In this document: piece by piece, positions 39,966 through 50,214 of the stretch
Layout of the letters: the number at the start of each line of letters is the position of its first letter
Position numbering within the stretch: position 1 is the first letter of the stretch
Origin: Candidatus Sumerlaeaceae bacterium
GTDB lineage: Bacteria > Sumerlaeota > Sumerlaeia > Sumerlaeales > Sumerlaeaceae
Length of the DNA: 64,000 nt
Direction: 5' to 3'
Assembly (NCBI GenBank): GCA_049968255.1
Contig: JBMFRB010000001.1
Coordinates: 320,001 to 384,000, forward strand
The notes under the pieces: generated by a model
Told to the model about the DNA's origin: nothing
The model's database searches: none
What the model saw: only the letters and a program-made list of their open reading frames with translations
Translations under genes and position numbers: made by a program

Positions 39966-40867
39966 GTTTGGAGTTCCTTTCTGAAAAATCGTGCAAATGC
40001 GGCGTTGGCGCTATGGCCTGAACGCCAAACCAGAAAATGCCCGCGAACCGGCTTGCCAAGCAAAGCGAGATCACCAATGAAATCAAGGATTTTGTGGCGA
40101 ACAGGTTCGTTGGGGAAACGAAGCGTCTCATTGATGATCGCTTTGCGGCCGATGACAATAGCCGAAGCAAGACTGCCGCCGCGGATGAGCCCTTGGCGGC
40201 GTAGCACCTCGATTTCGTGGAAGAACGCAAAGGTGCGGGCCGGGGCTATTTCGCGGATGTACGCTTCGGGGGTAACAACGAAGCTAGCCGACTGCGTGCG
40301 CAGAAGAGGATTTGGGGAAGAAAAGAAAAAGGTCACTCGGAAGTCGGTCGCCGGAAGAACAACAATTTCGGCCTGCTGATAGTGAAACGTGAATGCTTCG
40401 GCAGGGCAAAGGACGGAGAGAGCCGCTTCCTGGTCGACAATCCCCGCTGAAGACAGGAGCTCGGCAAACGGCGCACTGCTACCGTCGAGGAAAGGGAGTT
40501 CGGACGAGTCTAGTTCCACGCGTAGATTCGTGATTCCCAACGCGTACGTAGCGCTCAGCAAATGCTCGACCGTGTGGACTTCTCCCCCATTGCTTCGCAG
40601 CGTTGTGCGACGCAGAAGGTCGTCCTCCGCAACAGCGTCGAGGTCGGCGGGAATCTCGGGTGAACCGGGAAGATCTCGCCGGACAAAGATAATACCATGG
40701 TCAGGAGAGGCCGGCATGATTGCCATATGGACCAGCTCGCCGAAGTGTACACCTTTGCCTTCCACGAAGACCGTGCGAGCAATCGTCCGCTGGCCAATCA
40801 CTATGGGTGTGTTGTTCTGGGGCAACTCAAACATCGATCTCGACATTGGACAAGCTGTGCGATTCAC
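39962..40867 (-). CDS. lpxC: UDP-3-O-acyl-N-acetylglucosamine deacetylase
   Basis: QRTI, GVHFG, TVEHLLSA, ELPFLDGSS, EIAPARTF, RHKILDFIGDLALLG, SGH. Confidence 0.96.
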   Translation of the reverse strand: MNRTACPMSRSMFELPQNNTPIVIGQRTIARTVFVEGKGVHFGELVHMAIMPASPDHGIIFVRRDLPGSPEIPADLDAVAEDDLLRRTTLRSNGGEVHTVEHLLSATYALGITNLRVELDSSELPFLDGSSAPFAELLSSAGIVDQEAALSVLCPAEAFTFHYQQAEIVVLPATDFRVTFFFSSPNPLLRTQSASFVVTPEAYIREIAPARTFAFFHEIEVLRRQGLIRGGSLASAIVIGRKAIINETLRFPNEPVRHKILDFIGDLALLGKPVRGHFLVWRSGHSANAAFARFFRKELQT

Positions 40868-41604
40868 TCGGGCTGACGGTCAACGGGCCGTTTCGGCTTA
40901 GATGAGGATTCTTTAGAAGGTGTCTTGGCGGATGCAGCTTGGCGCTTTGCTGCAGGGGGTAGGGCTGGAGTGGGTTGCTGCGGCTCGGCCTCGGGCTGCT
41001 GAGGTGCTTGCGTCGTTGGCTGTTTTGCGGTGGGCGTCTCTCGCCCCTCAGGTGTGTTTTCCGGCTTCGCTCGTGTCGCTTTTGGCGCCGATGTGTCGGC
41101 AACCTGCTCGTTGAGTTTGCGGATGACTTCATCGGTAATGTCCGCAGCGCTGTTGCCGTAAAGGACCGCCTCACCGCGGAGGATGACGTCGTATTTGTTC
41201 TCTTTTGCCACGTCTTGAATGGCGAAAAGGATGCGCTTCATCAGAGGCTCGAAGACGGTGGCATCTAGCTCGCGTGCTTTGCGTTCGGCGCGATAGGCAA
41301 GGTCGTCCAGTTCATTGCGCAAGCGTGCAATTTCCTTGCGCTTCTTTTCGATTTCTGAAGCGGCGATGACTCCCTCGCTGCGCTGAACGTCGGCTTCGAG
41401 TTCTTTGATCTGTTGGCGCTTTTCATCAATTTGCTTCTGTAAGTCCTCGATGTCCGATTGCACGCTGTCCATGGCTTGATTCACAGCCTTGGCTTTGCGC
41501 GTCACGCGATCCACGTCGACGTAGCCGACTTTCGTTTGGGCCAAGGCATGCAAGGGTAGAACGGACAGGGCAACAGCTAAGCTGAGAATTTGGCAAGCTT
41601 TCAC
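40864..41604 (-). CDS. skp: OmpH/Skp periplasmic chaperone with Pro/Gln/Thr-rich C-terminal tail
   Basis: SD AAAGGAG and GTG 41604; signal ending ALA-Q; KVGYVDV, coiled coil, VAKENKYDVIL...DITDEVIRKL; downstream of bamA. Confidence 0.88.
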   Translation of the reverse strand: MKACQILSLAVALSVLPLHALAQTKVGYVDVDRVTRKAKAVNQAMDSVQSDIEDLQKQIDEKRQQIKELEADVQRSEGVIAASEIEKKRKEIARLRNELDDLAYRAERKARELDATVFEPLMKRILFAIQDVAKENKYDVILRGEAVLYGNSAADITDEVIRKLNEQVADTSAPKATRAKPENTPEGRETPTAKQPTTQAPQQPEAEPQQPTPALPPAAKRQAASAKTPSKESSSKPKRPVDRQPE

Positions 41605-41705
41605 AAGTCGCACTCCTTTTCCAACACGCACATGGTGGGGATACCGTCCAGGTTGGCGCATGTTCTTTTTCGCGCGCCATCTTTCAGCGCACCTCCTCGG
41701 CAGCC

Positions 41706-44171
41706 CTAGAACGCGGAGGTGAAGGTAAAGTGGAACAGCTGTGTTTGGTCGCGTTTGTCGCGAAGGACAGGCACGGCGAGATCAAGCGCGACTTGCGCAA
41801 TAGGCAAGCGGAGGCGCATACCTGTGCCTAGAGATGCTTTGGGCTTGGTGAATTCGAACGGTTTTCGCCCCAACACGCCGACGTCGGCGAAAAGCACACC
41901 GGAGATGTTTTCTGTGAATGGGTAGCGCAGTTCGTTCTGCACGAGAAGCTTCGTCGAGCCGCCGAGCGGGATGTCCTCGTTGCGGCTATCATGAGGCCCA
42001 GCGCCCCACAGTTTGAAGCCGCGCATATCTTGCGACCCGCCGAGGAAGAATCGATCGGCATAGCCGATGTTTGTCGCATCGTAGGGCATAAGCCCAGCCT
42101 GAGTGCGCATGGCCCACACCCAATCGCCGAAAGTCGGTTTATAGGTGGCGTATTGTCCCTCGAACTTGAGGAGGAAGCCATCGGCTGCACCGGTTTCCAC
42201 ACCGCCGTACCAGTAATGGCCGCTCGTCGGGAAGAAGGAGTCGTCGCGATCGTCACGAATAAGCCGGTAGCGAATGGTCGCCGCGACGTAGTCGTTGAAC
42301 TTCTCGCGCGGCTCGTCCTTCTTATCAAAGCTAAACCGATTTGAGTCGAGACGGAACCGCCACGCTTCCTTGAGTGTATCGGTCAAAGGTTTTGTGAACT
42401 CAGCAGTCGTTCCTGTTGCAGTTTGATGGAAACCACCGGTGCGCAGGTAGCGCCGATGGTAAACCGAGAATTGTGCAGCGGTATCGGTCCCCCGCCAGTA
42501 GCGGTCGAAGTAGGTGATATCGAAACTTGTCACCTTTGAGCCAATCGCCCCTGACACGCGAAGATCACGGGCCATGCCGAAAAGGTTACGCTCGATGTAG
42601 TTTGCGTAAATGAAGCCACCTTCGACGTCGCCAAAGCCCACCCCAAAAATGAGGCTTCCGGTGTTGCCCTGCGTCACTTCCACAATCATGTCGCGGACCG
42701 TGGGGTCAGCCGTCATCTGGCTGTGGACCTTCACATCTTCGAAGACGTTGAGCGAGAGCAGACGTTCGCGCGTGCGCACTTCCTCAAAGCGACGATAAAC
42801 CTGCCCAGGCTTTAGGCGGACTTCGCGCTGGATGACTTCATCTTTTACAGGCGGAGTAAAGCGGGAGTACCAGCGCCGGAGCCAGCCCATCGATTCATCA
42901 TCCGGATAGCTCTGCGCCACAATTTTGACGTCGCCCACATAAATCCGTGGTCCCTCCGTCACGATCACATCCACATGGACCACGCCTTGCTCGGGATCTT
43001 TGTGAAATTCAGGCTCGACCTTAGCCGAAAGAAAACCTTCGTCGCCATACATATTTTTGATTTTGTTCGCAGCGGCAGAGAATTTTGCCGCACTGTAGTA
43101 TTGGCCCTGCATCGACAGGAAAGGGGCTAGAATCTCATCGCGAGAGAAAATCGTGTAGCCGCGCGCATCAATGCGTCCCACCCGATAGCGCTGCCCCTCT
43201 TTGACTTCCACGACGGGGCTAACCCATGACTGATTCGGACCGTAAATAAAGTCGCCACGGTTGACCTCAACATCAAGGAAACCACGGCCCACATAGATGG
43301 CCTTTATGGTTTCAAGGTCCTCTTGGAAGCGCGTCTCGTTATAATAATGCTTGAAAGGCCCCCACGACCCCTTGTTCGTGGTGCGCAATTGGATGGCAAG
43401 GTTGCTGATGTTTTTGTTTCCGCGAATGATGAAGTCTTTAATCTTGGTCTGCGTGCCTTCATCCACAGTGATTTCAAGTCGGACGCCGTTGTCGGCTGCA
43501 GGGCGTTCTTCTACACGCACGACTGCGTCAGTGTAGCCTTTTTCCTCGTAGTAGCGTTGGATACTGTCGCGGATTTTGTTTTGAGCCTGAACGCCATAGG
43601 TTTCGCCCTTTTTCACCGGAAGTTGAGCCAATAATTTGTCGGTGGGGATCTTCACATTGCCGTTGATCACGATGTCGCGCACAATGGGGTTAGGCTTGAC
43701 GACATAGCGCAAAATGACCCCGTGTTCGGCGTTGTCGAGTTCGACAAGAATATCGGGCTGAAAGATACCAAGCTCAACAAGACGACGAACATCTTCGCGC
43801 TGTTTGTCGGCGTCAAGTGGCTCGCCAACTCTGCTCTGAATGACGCGGAGAGCTTTTTTCTGCTCCTCGGCTGTGGCCCCCACAATCTCGATCTTCGCGA
43901 TCACAGGCGGACGTTTGCTGGATATGGCCTTTGGAGGCGGAGTAAGCTTAGCAGCCGTCGCCTGATCGTCGGCTTCGGTGCGTGGCCGCACATCAGGTCT
44001 GCCCGGCACCTGCAAATCCTCCGGCGACGATTCGTCACTCTTAGTCTCCGAGTCCAGCGATACCATCGGCGCAGGCGCGCCGGGGAACATAGCTGGTTGC
44101 GCTAACACCAGAGCAGCACACGCGAGAACAAGAACAACGCACAGTAGGCCTGCGCCCCAGAGACGTCTCAT
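41706..44171 (-). CDS. bamA: Outer membrane protein assembly factor BamA (Omp85)
   Basis: Signal peptide from ATG 44171; POTRA repeats; ERNLFG, RFFLGGSQDMRGF, ELRYP, C-terminal FHFTFTSAF. Confidence 0.92.
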   Translation of the reverse strand: MRRLWGAGLLCVVLVLACAALVLAQPAMFPGAPAPMVSLDSETKSDESSPEDLQVPGRPDVRPRTEADDQATAAKLTPPPKAISSKRPPVIAKIEIVGATAEEQKKALRVIQSRVGEPLDADKQREDVRRLVELGIFQPDILVELDNAEHGVILRYVVKPNPIVRDIVINGNVKIPTDKLLAQLPVKKGETYGVQAQNKIRDSIQRYYEEKGYTDAVVRVEERPAADNGVRLEITVDEGTQTKIKDFIIRGNKNISNLAIQLRTTNKGSWGPFKHYYNETRFQEDLETIKAIYVGRGFLDVEVNRGDFIYGPNQSWVSPVVEVKEGQRYRVGRIDARGYTIFSRDEILAPFLSMQGQYYSAAKFSAAANKIKNMYGDEGFLSAKVEPEFHKDPEQGVVHVDVIVTEGPRIYVGDVKIVAQSYPDDESMGWLRRWYSRFTPPVKDEVIQREVRLKPGQVYRRFEEVRTRERLLSLNVFEDVKVHSQMTADPTVRDMIVEVTQGNTGSLIFGVGFGDVEGGFIYANYIERNLFGMARDLRVSGAIGSKVTSFDITYFDRYWRGTDTAAQFSVYHRRYLRTGGFHQTATGTTAEFTKPLTDTLKEAWRFRLDSNRFSFDKKDEPREKFNDYVAATIRYRLIRDDRDDSFFPTSGHYWYGGVETGAADGFLLKFEGQYATYKPTFGDWVWAMRTQAGLMPYDATNIGYADRFFLGGSQDMRGFKLWGAGPHDSRNEDIPLGGSTKLLVQNELRYPFTENISGVLFADVGVLGRKPFEFTKPKASLGTGMRLRLPIAQVALDLAVPVLRDKRDQTQLFHFTFTSAF

Positions 44172-44318
44172 ACTCCAAACCTCAATTCTCGCAATCTTGC
44201 ACAATCGACTTTATGACGCTTGAACTTTCCCACGCACAACTTGAACATTGCCTAAGCCGCCAGCGGGGTATTTTCAATGCTCAAATCCTGCTTTTCTGGT
44301 GCTACGAAACAGCTGCGG

Positions 44319-46343
44319 CTACAGAAACACCGGACTAATTTTGATTCTTTGGCCCAAAGCGCGCCACTGGTCGCGCAGATACTCGTTGATCAGCGTTTCC
44401 ACTTTCCGGTCAAGCACTTCGCGCACGAGTTGGGGGAGTTCCTTGCGGAACTCATCCTGATCAGGCAAACTGCGCTCCGTCAGGTGCCAAACTGCGTAAC
44501 CCATGGGTTCCTTTGGTGGGCCAATGACCGAAAGCTCGATCGTGCCTGTTTTAGCCTGATCGAGTTGCTCGTCGAGATTTTCCACGGGGCCAAACTCGCG
44601 GCGAAGTTCCGCATGTTTGAGCGGCTGCGTGCGCACCACCGTTGTCCCATGCTCGGCGGCAGCGGCCCGCAGTGCGTCGAGATTTACGGCCTTGCTCTTG
44701 ATTGCTTCGGCCTTTTCTCGCACAAGCTCACGAGCTTTTTCGAGTCGGTATTCGCGTTCGACCTTGTCGTGGATCTCTTCCAATGGCGGGGTGTGAGCCG
44801 GATACTCCTGGCGCACCTCGATGACGAGATGCCGATTGGCATCACTGAGCACATCCGAGCGTCCGCCCCGCTGGAGATCCATGACCGCCTCTTGGAAATC
44901 TCCGAGGAAGCCAATCCCCGGCAAGAAAAGAGAGCCTTTGTCCACTTTCTTTGTGAGTTGGACGGGGTGGCTCGTGACCTCGGCAAGCTTGTCAAGACTG
45001 GTGTACTTTTGACTATTTTTGCGGAGTTCTTCTCCAATTTGATCGAAAACTGGCGTGGCTTTCTCGTCGAGCACTCGGTCGCGCACGAGATTGCGGACTT
45101 TTTCCAGCGGCTGGAGCTTGCCTTCTTTGCGCTCTTCGACTTTCACGATGTGGAAACCACGAGCGGTTTCGATGGGCGGGTGCACTGCGCCCGGAGCAAG
45201 GTTGAAGACAGCACTCGTCCACGCGTCGCCATAAAAAACTTTGGCTGTGTTGCGATCAATGAATCCAAGGTTGCCGCCAGCGGTGGTGTTATCGTCGGTC
45301 GCTGTGGTCTCTTCGTCGAGCGCCCGCGGCGGGAGTGGACTTGGCTCGTTGTAGCGGTCGGCAAGGGCCGCAAAGTCTTCTCCCTTCACGATGCGCTGGA
45401 AGATCTCGGTGGCACGGGCTCGCACCTCAGCTGTGCGCGAGGTTAGCTCCTCGGGCGACATCGGATTTTCGGGATCAGGCACGGGGCGGGAAAGGAATAT
45501 CTGACGCACTTTGGCCTTGGGTGGCGTGCGGAAGTCCTCAAGGTGGGCGTTATAATAGCTCGTGATCTCGTCGTCGGTGACGGTAAGACTCGTTTTGACG
45601 TCGTCTTTGCGCACGAGGATGTAGGCGTACTCGACCTGATCTGGCACCTCAAACTTCTTCGCGTTCTTCTCATAGTAATCGCGCAGCTCGGCATCCGTGA
45701 CTTTGACCTTAGGGGCATAATTTTCGGCAAGGAGTTTGACGTAATCGAGAACCACCTTTTCATTTTTGGCTTTGTAGGCCAGCCACGCGTCGTAAACCGT
45801 GACGCGGGTGCGCGAGGCGAGAAGCTCTCGCACGCGGTTGAGGAGCAGGGCATAACGTTGGCGCGCGATGTAGTCATCGAAACTCATGCCTGTGCGTTGC
45901 TCGATGTACCGAATCGCCATGGCGCGCTGCTCGGGGGGGATTTGCTGCTGAAGATCGCGCAACACTTCATCTTCGGTCACGACGATGCCGTTCTCCTGAG
46001 CAAAATGTTCGAGGAGCTTAAGATTGATGGCTTCGCGCACGATCATCGCTTGGTTGACGAGTTCATCCATGGCGCGTTGATCGAGGTTTTCCCCGGTAAG
46101 ATGGGCATAACCTTGCAGGCGGTTGAGCAAAACCTGGCGCGCAACGGCCATGTCAAATTTTCGGATTTCGGCTTTATCACCGAACGTTGAGAACTTGATC
46201 GTGGCCGCAACACCCTCGGGCATACCGCCACGGCCGCCTCGGCTCTGGAAACCGTAAAAAACCACAAACGAAGGAATAACGATCGCCAACACGGCGATCA
46301 TTATGCCGCGCATGAATTTTTCGTGGCGAAACTTACGTAGCAT
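44319..46343 (-). CDS. ppiD: PpiD/SurA-like membrane-anchored parvulin chaperone
   Basis: N-terminal TM (IMIAVLAIVIPSFVVFYG); VTDAELRDYYEKN, VRQIFL, GEDFAALA, GGNLGF, PIETARGFHIVKV. Confidence 0.85.
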   Translation of the reverse strand: MLRKFRHEKFMRGIMIAVLAIVIPSFVVFYGFQSRGGRGGMPEGVAATIKFSTFGDKAEIRKFDMAVARQVLLNRLQGYAHLTGENLDQRAMDELVNQAMIVREAINLKLLEHFAQENGIVVTEDEVLRDLQQQIPPEQRAMAIRYIEQRTGMSFDDYIARQRYALLLNRVRELLASRTRVTVYDAWLAYKAKNEKVVLDYVKLLAENYAPKVKVTDAELRDYYEKNAKKFEVPDQVEYAYILVRKDDVKTSLTVTDDEITSYYNAHLEDFRTPPKAKVRQIFLSRPVPDPENPMSPEELTSRTAEVRARATEIFQRIVKGEDFAALADRYNEPSPLPPRALDEETTATDDNTTAGGNLGFIDRNTAKVFYGDAWTSAVFNLAPGAVHPPIETARGFHIVKVEERKEGKLQPLEKVRNLVRDRVLDEKATPVFDQIGEELRKNSQKYTSLDKLAEVTSHPVQLTKKVDKGSLFLPGIGFLGDFQEAVMDLQRGGRSDVLSDANRHLVIEVRQEYPAHTPPLEEIHDKVEREYRLEKARELVREKAEAIKSKAVNLDALRAAAAEHGTTVVRTQPLKHAELRREFGPVENLDEQLDQAKTGTIELSVIGPPKEPMGYAVWHLTERSLPDQDEFRKELPQLVREVLDRKVETLINEYLRDQWRALGQRIKISPVFL

Positions 46344-46573
46344 CCTTTACAAAACTCCCGTCGGTTCAGAATACGTAAACTCACTCAATCGAGGCCTCGG
46401 CCCCCATGCGCTGAGGACAGCCGTTTTTGGCGCACGCAAGCACGGTCCGTTCTCAATCATGGACGCACGATAGTCCGAAGGGCAATGTCTGCAAGTCAAT
46501 AAAAAGGCTCGTGCGACAATCGCCCGGCACTCCGTGGCATTGCGCCAACCGGTATTGGTGCCAACGGGGACCT

Positions 46574-47662
46574 TTACGCAATGATTGCGCCCTTGTCACC
46601 TGTCGAAACAATTCCTGCGACAAAGCGCTTGTAGGCAAAGAAGTCCTCGCAGTAGGCCGCACCTTCGTCGAATGTGATGACGTTCGCACGAACGAGATCC
46701 GCAAGCGCCTGGTCGAATGTTTGCATGCCATCGTCGCGACCTTTTATGACGGAAAAGATGTCAGGAATGCGGTTTTCTCGAATGAGCTTTGAAATCGTGC
46801 TGTTGACGACCATGATTTCTAGTGCTGCAATGCGGCCGGTGCCATCGGCACGTTTGACTAGACGCTGAGTGATCGAAGCCTTGAGGTTCAAAGAGAGTTG
46901 CTCGCGAAGCAGATCATGCTCGTTTTCAGGGAAGTAGCCAATGATACGCTGCACGGTGTGAACTGCGCTGGTCGTGTGGAGCGTTGAGAACACGAGGTGC
47001 CCCGTTTCGGCTGCTTTGATGGCGACGCGAATGGTTTCAGCATCGCGCATTTCACCCACAAGGATGATGTCGGGGTCCATCCGCATGGCCTGGCGCAATC
47101 CGACGTTGAAGTCGGGGATGTCTTTACCGATCTCGCGCTGACTGATCACCGACTTCTTGTTCACATAAACGTACTCGATTGGGTCTTCGATTGTGATGAT
47201 GCGTGCGGACTCGATATCGTTGACGTAGTCGAGCATTGCGGCCAGTGTTGTGGATTTGCCGGAGCCCGTCATGCCGGTGAGAAGGACCATCCCGCGCGGA
47301 TTGCGAGCAATGGTCTTGAGCACTTCGGGTAGCTGCAGCTCATCAATTGTGGGAACGCGCAATGGGATCAGGCGCATCACAATTCCGAGCTTGCCAGTGG
47401 AATAGAACGCGACGCAGCGAAAACGAATCTCGGTGCCTAGCTGATAGCTAAAATCGCAGCCGCGCTGACTTTCGAGCTCGCGCATGAGGTGGTGCGGCAT
47501 CATCTTGTGCAGAATTTCCTGCATTTCTTTGCGCGGTATGGGCGGCACTTCGACCTTCTTGAGGTCGCCATTGATTCTGAAAAACGGCGCGCTGTCCTCC
47601 ATCAGGTGGATGTCAGAGGCCTTGACCTTTTTCGCACCGAGCAAAAGAGCCTCGAAGTTCAT
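46574..47662 (-). CDS. pilT: Type IV pilus retraction ATPase (PilT/PilU family)
   Basis: ASDIHL, TGMTGSGKSTTLAAM, ITIEDPIEY, DPDIILVGEMRD, AAETGHLVFSTLHT, TISKLIRE, GMQTFDQ. Confidence 0.9.
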   Translation of the reverse strand: MNFEALLLGAKKVKASDIHLMEDSAPFFRINGDLKKVEVPPIPRKEMQEILHKMMPHHLMRELESQRGCDFSYQLGTEIRFRCVAFYSTGKLGIVMRLIPLRVPTIDELQLPEVLKTIARNPRGMVLLTGMTGSGKSTTLAAMLDYVNDIESARIITIEDPIEYVYVNKKSVISQREIGKDIPDFNVGLRQAMRMDPDIILVGEMRDAETIRVAIKAAETGHLVFSTLHTTSAVHTVQRIIGYFPENEHDLLREQLSLNLKASITQRLVKRADGTGRIAALEIMVVNSTISKLIRENRIPDIFSVIKGRDDGMQTFDQALADLVRANVITFDEGAAYCEDFFAYKRFVAGIVSTGDKGAIIA

Positions 47663-47909
47663 TTTTCTTACCCGTCAATGACCTGGTTGTAGAAGTTTGT
47701 GAAGCACGTGAAACGGCACTTCGATAAATCTACCAACGGTGGTTCAAGAAAAAATTCGCACCAGAAGCATCGCACCACCAGCCGCTTGCGAAAAGTGCTC
47801 GACACGGCATGGTCCAGGGATGCATTATTAAGGATAGGACATAAGTGAAAGCACAAGACAAGACCGCTACTCGCGACACTGCGAGCAAGAAGTGAGGTAG
47901 TAGGGATTT

Positions 47910-49151
47910 ATGCCAACTTTTACCTACGTCGCACGAAACCCACAAGGGAAGGTCATCACAGGAAAAACCGAAGCAGCAACCCAGGGCATGGTGGTCAAGA
48001 TCCTCAAGGATCAGGGGCTGACGCCAACCTCTATTCAGCTTGCCGCTGCGACAACCGACACACGCACTGCCTCACGTAAGCAAAAATTGAAAAGGGGGCG
48101 AGTGACGATCGAAGATCTCGTTCTGATTTCGCGGCAGCTTGCGACAATGATCCGCGCGGGCTTGCCGCTCATCGAGGTGCTCAACATCCTCGGCGATCAG
48201 GTAGATAAGCTCACGCTTCGGCTAGTTCTGCGCCAAATCGAGCGCGACGTACAGGGCGGTAGCTCGCTTTACGAGGCAATGGCGCGCCATCCGCGTGTTT
48301 TCAACCAGTTCTTTCTTAGCATGGTGAAAGCCGGCGAGGCGAGCGGTATGCTCGATGCGATCCTGGACCAAGTGGCCATCTATATGGAAAAGGCGGCCTC
48401 CATTAGGCGTAAAGTGAAGTCGGCTACCATGTATCCCGCTGCCGTGAGTGTTTTCGCTGTGTTGATTATGACGCTTATCATGTGGAAAGTTGTGCCCGTT
48501 TTCCAAGAAATTTTCGAGGGATTGGGTGGCGACCTTCCGTTGCTTACCAAAATCGTGATTGCTTCCAGCAACTTTGTGCGCGACCGCTGGTACATTGTGC
48601 TCGCTGCAGTGATAGGCCTCGTGATTGTCCTTATCCAGTGGGGCAAGACCAAGCCAGGCCGTTATCAAATTGACACGTTTAAATTGAAGATGCCGATCTT
48701 TGGCCCACTCCTGCTCAAGGTGGCTATTGCGCGCTTTAGCCGCTCGCTTGGGACGTTGATGCGTGCGGGCGTTAACATCTTAAGCGCTCTCGAAATCACC
48801 GCAAAGACTGCGGGCAATGTGGTGATCGAGGAGGCGGTGACGCGAACCCGTCAGGCTATCCAAAGCGGAGAGGGAATCACAAAGCCGCTGGCAGAGTCGG
48901 GGGTGTTTCCCCCCATGGTGACGCGCATGATCGAGGTGGGCGAAAGGACAGGCGCCCTTGAGAATATGCTGCATAAAATTGCTGAATATTACGAGGACCA
49001 AGTGGATGCCGCCGTGTCGGGATTGACAAGCCTTATAGAACCGCTCCTGATCATCGTACTCGGCTCGATCATCGGAATCATCGTGATCTCGATGTTCCTC
49101 CCGTTGATCAAAATGCTCGAGCTCGTGCAGCAATCTGGCCGTCAAAAATAA
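47910..49151 (+). CDS. pilC: Type IV pilus platform protein PilC (T2SS F family)
   Basis: MPTFTYVARN, RQLATMIRAGLP, AGEASGMLD, YP, ARFSRSLGTL, VGERTGAL, EPLLI. Confidence 0.93.
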   Translation: MPTFTYVARNPQGKVITGKTEAATQGMVVKILKDQGLTPTSIQLAAATTDTRTASRKQKLKRGRVTIEDLVLISRQLATMIRAGLPLIEVLNILGDQVDKLTLRLVLRQIERDVQGGSSLYEAMARHPRVFNQFFLSMVKAGEASGMLDAILDQVAIYMEKAASIRRKVKSATMYPAAVSVFAVLIMTLIMWKVVPVFQEIFEGLGGDLPLLTKIVIASSNFVRDRWYIVLAAVIGLVIVLIQWGKTKPGRYQIDTFKLKMPIFGPLLLKVAIARFSRSLGTLMRAGVNILSALEITAKTAGNVVIEEAVTRTRQAIQSGEGITKPLAESGVFPPMVTRMIEVGERTGALENMLHKIAEYYEDQVDAAVSGLTSLIEPLLIIVLGSIIGIIVISMFLPLIKMLELVQQSGRQK

Positions 49152-49168
49152 CGCCGAATTGGGGATGA

Positions 49169-50179
49169 GTGATGGTAGATCCCGAACTTGAACAACAATT
49201 AGCCGACACGAAAGAGCTGCTCAAGCTCTGGCAAGAGTTCTATGAATACTTCGAAATGGCGAAAAAGGGCGAGAATCTCACGCCTGAGAAAGAGGAGGCT
49301 TTCCTTGAGCTGAAGAGCAAAATCGCTATGCTCCACGACAGCTTCATGGAGGCGCTTACTCACGATCAGAACATTGGCCAGAACATACTGGATATCGTGA
49401 CGCGCTCAATCTCACTGAAGCACCTGAATCGGCAAAACGTTGCCGACATCAAGAAGATGGAAATCGAGTGGCACGAAAGTTATTTGCTGCTCAACGAAAC
49501 AATCGCTCTTCTTTCTGAGAAACGCGAGCAGCTCGCCAACATGAGCGAAGCACAAGTGCGAGCGCAAAAAGCGGCGGGATTTGCCACACAGCGGATTTCA
49601 GCGATTTTGACGAGCATCTATTTCAGAATTGCCGTGATCGCTGTGGTCGTTTTGTTTGCAACCGTTGGTGTTCAGGTGCTTGGGATCTTCGACTGGAACA
49701 CGCTCGGGAATTATCCTGTCTTCCATGCTCCCTACCGCATCGGGAAGAAGATTTACCGCGCCATTGGCGATGCAAACAGTCCATGGCCCAATATTGCGGT
49801 AACCGATGGCGACCGCGCGGCTGTGAGCTCCACAAGATGGGCCGGCAAGCCTGAAGTACAGAATGAACCCAAAGATAAAGTCTTAGCTATGCCGGCGCTG
49901 CGCTCGTCTGGCGTGGCAGACATTCTCAAAAAGGCAACCGAGTATCGTAAAGAAAAAGTCACAAAAGGTTTGGATCAAGCTGACATTCACACCTTTCTGC
50001 TACCAGAGACCGCAGATGCCATCGCCGCTGAACAAAAGTGGAATGATTACATCAGCAAAAACCGTAAAGAGGAAAGCAAGTATCGCTTCGTTCGCAATGT
50101 TAACGTGATAACAATCATTCACAGCGACAACGAGGGATTGGTCAACGACATAAAAGTCAAAATTTACGACCAGCAGTAA
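49169..50179 (+). CDS. Hypothetical bitopic membrane protein downstream of pilC
   Basis: 336-aa ORF 17 nt after pilC; helical N-terminal domain, one TM (IAVIAVVVLFATVGVQVLGIF), soluble C-terminal domain. Confidence 0.8.
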   Translation: MMVDPELEQQLADTKELLKLWQEFYEYFEMAKKGENLTPEKEEAFLELKSKIAMLHDSFMEALTHDQNIGQNILDIVTRSISLKHLNRQNVADIKKMEIEWHESYLLLNETIALLSEKREQLANMSEAQVRAQKAAGFATQRISAILTSIYFRIAVIAVVVLFATVGVQVLGIFDWNTLGNYPVFHAPYRIGKKIYRAIGDANSPWPNIAVTDGDRAAVSSTRWAGKPEVQNEPKDKVLAMPALRSSGVADILKKATEYRKEKVTKGLDQADIHTFLLPETADAIAAEQKWNDYISKNRKEESKYRFVRNVNVITIIHSDNEGLVNDIKVKIYDQQ

Positions 50180-50214
50180 CAAACATCGAGAGAGCCAGTG
50201 CCCACAATAAGATC

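Noticed and set aside
39501-40867. LpxC-FabZ fusion or frameshift
   Set aside because: Two complete genes with a normal GTGA overlap and an SD (AAGGA) before fabZ.
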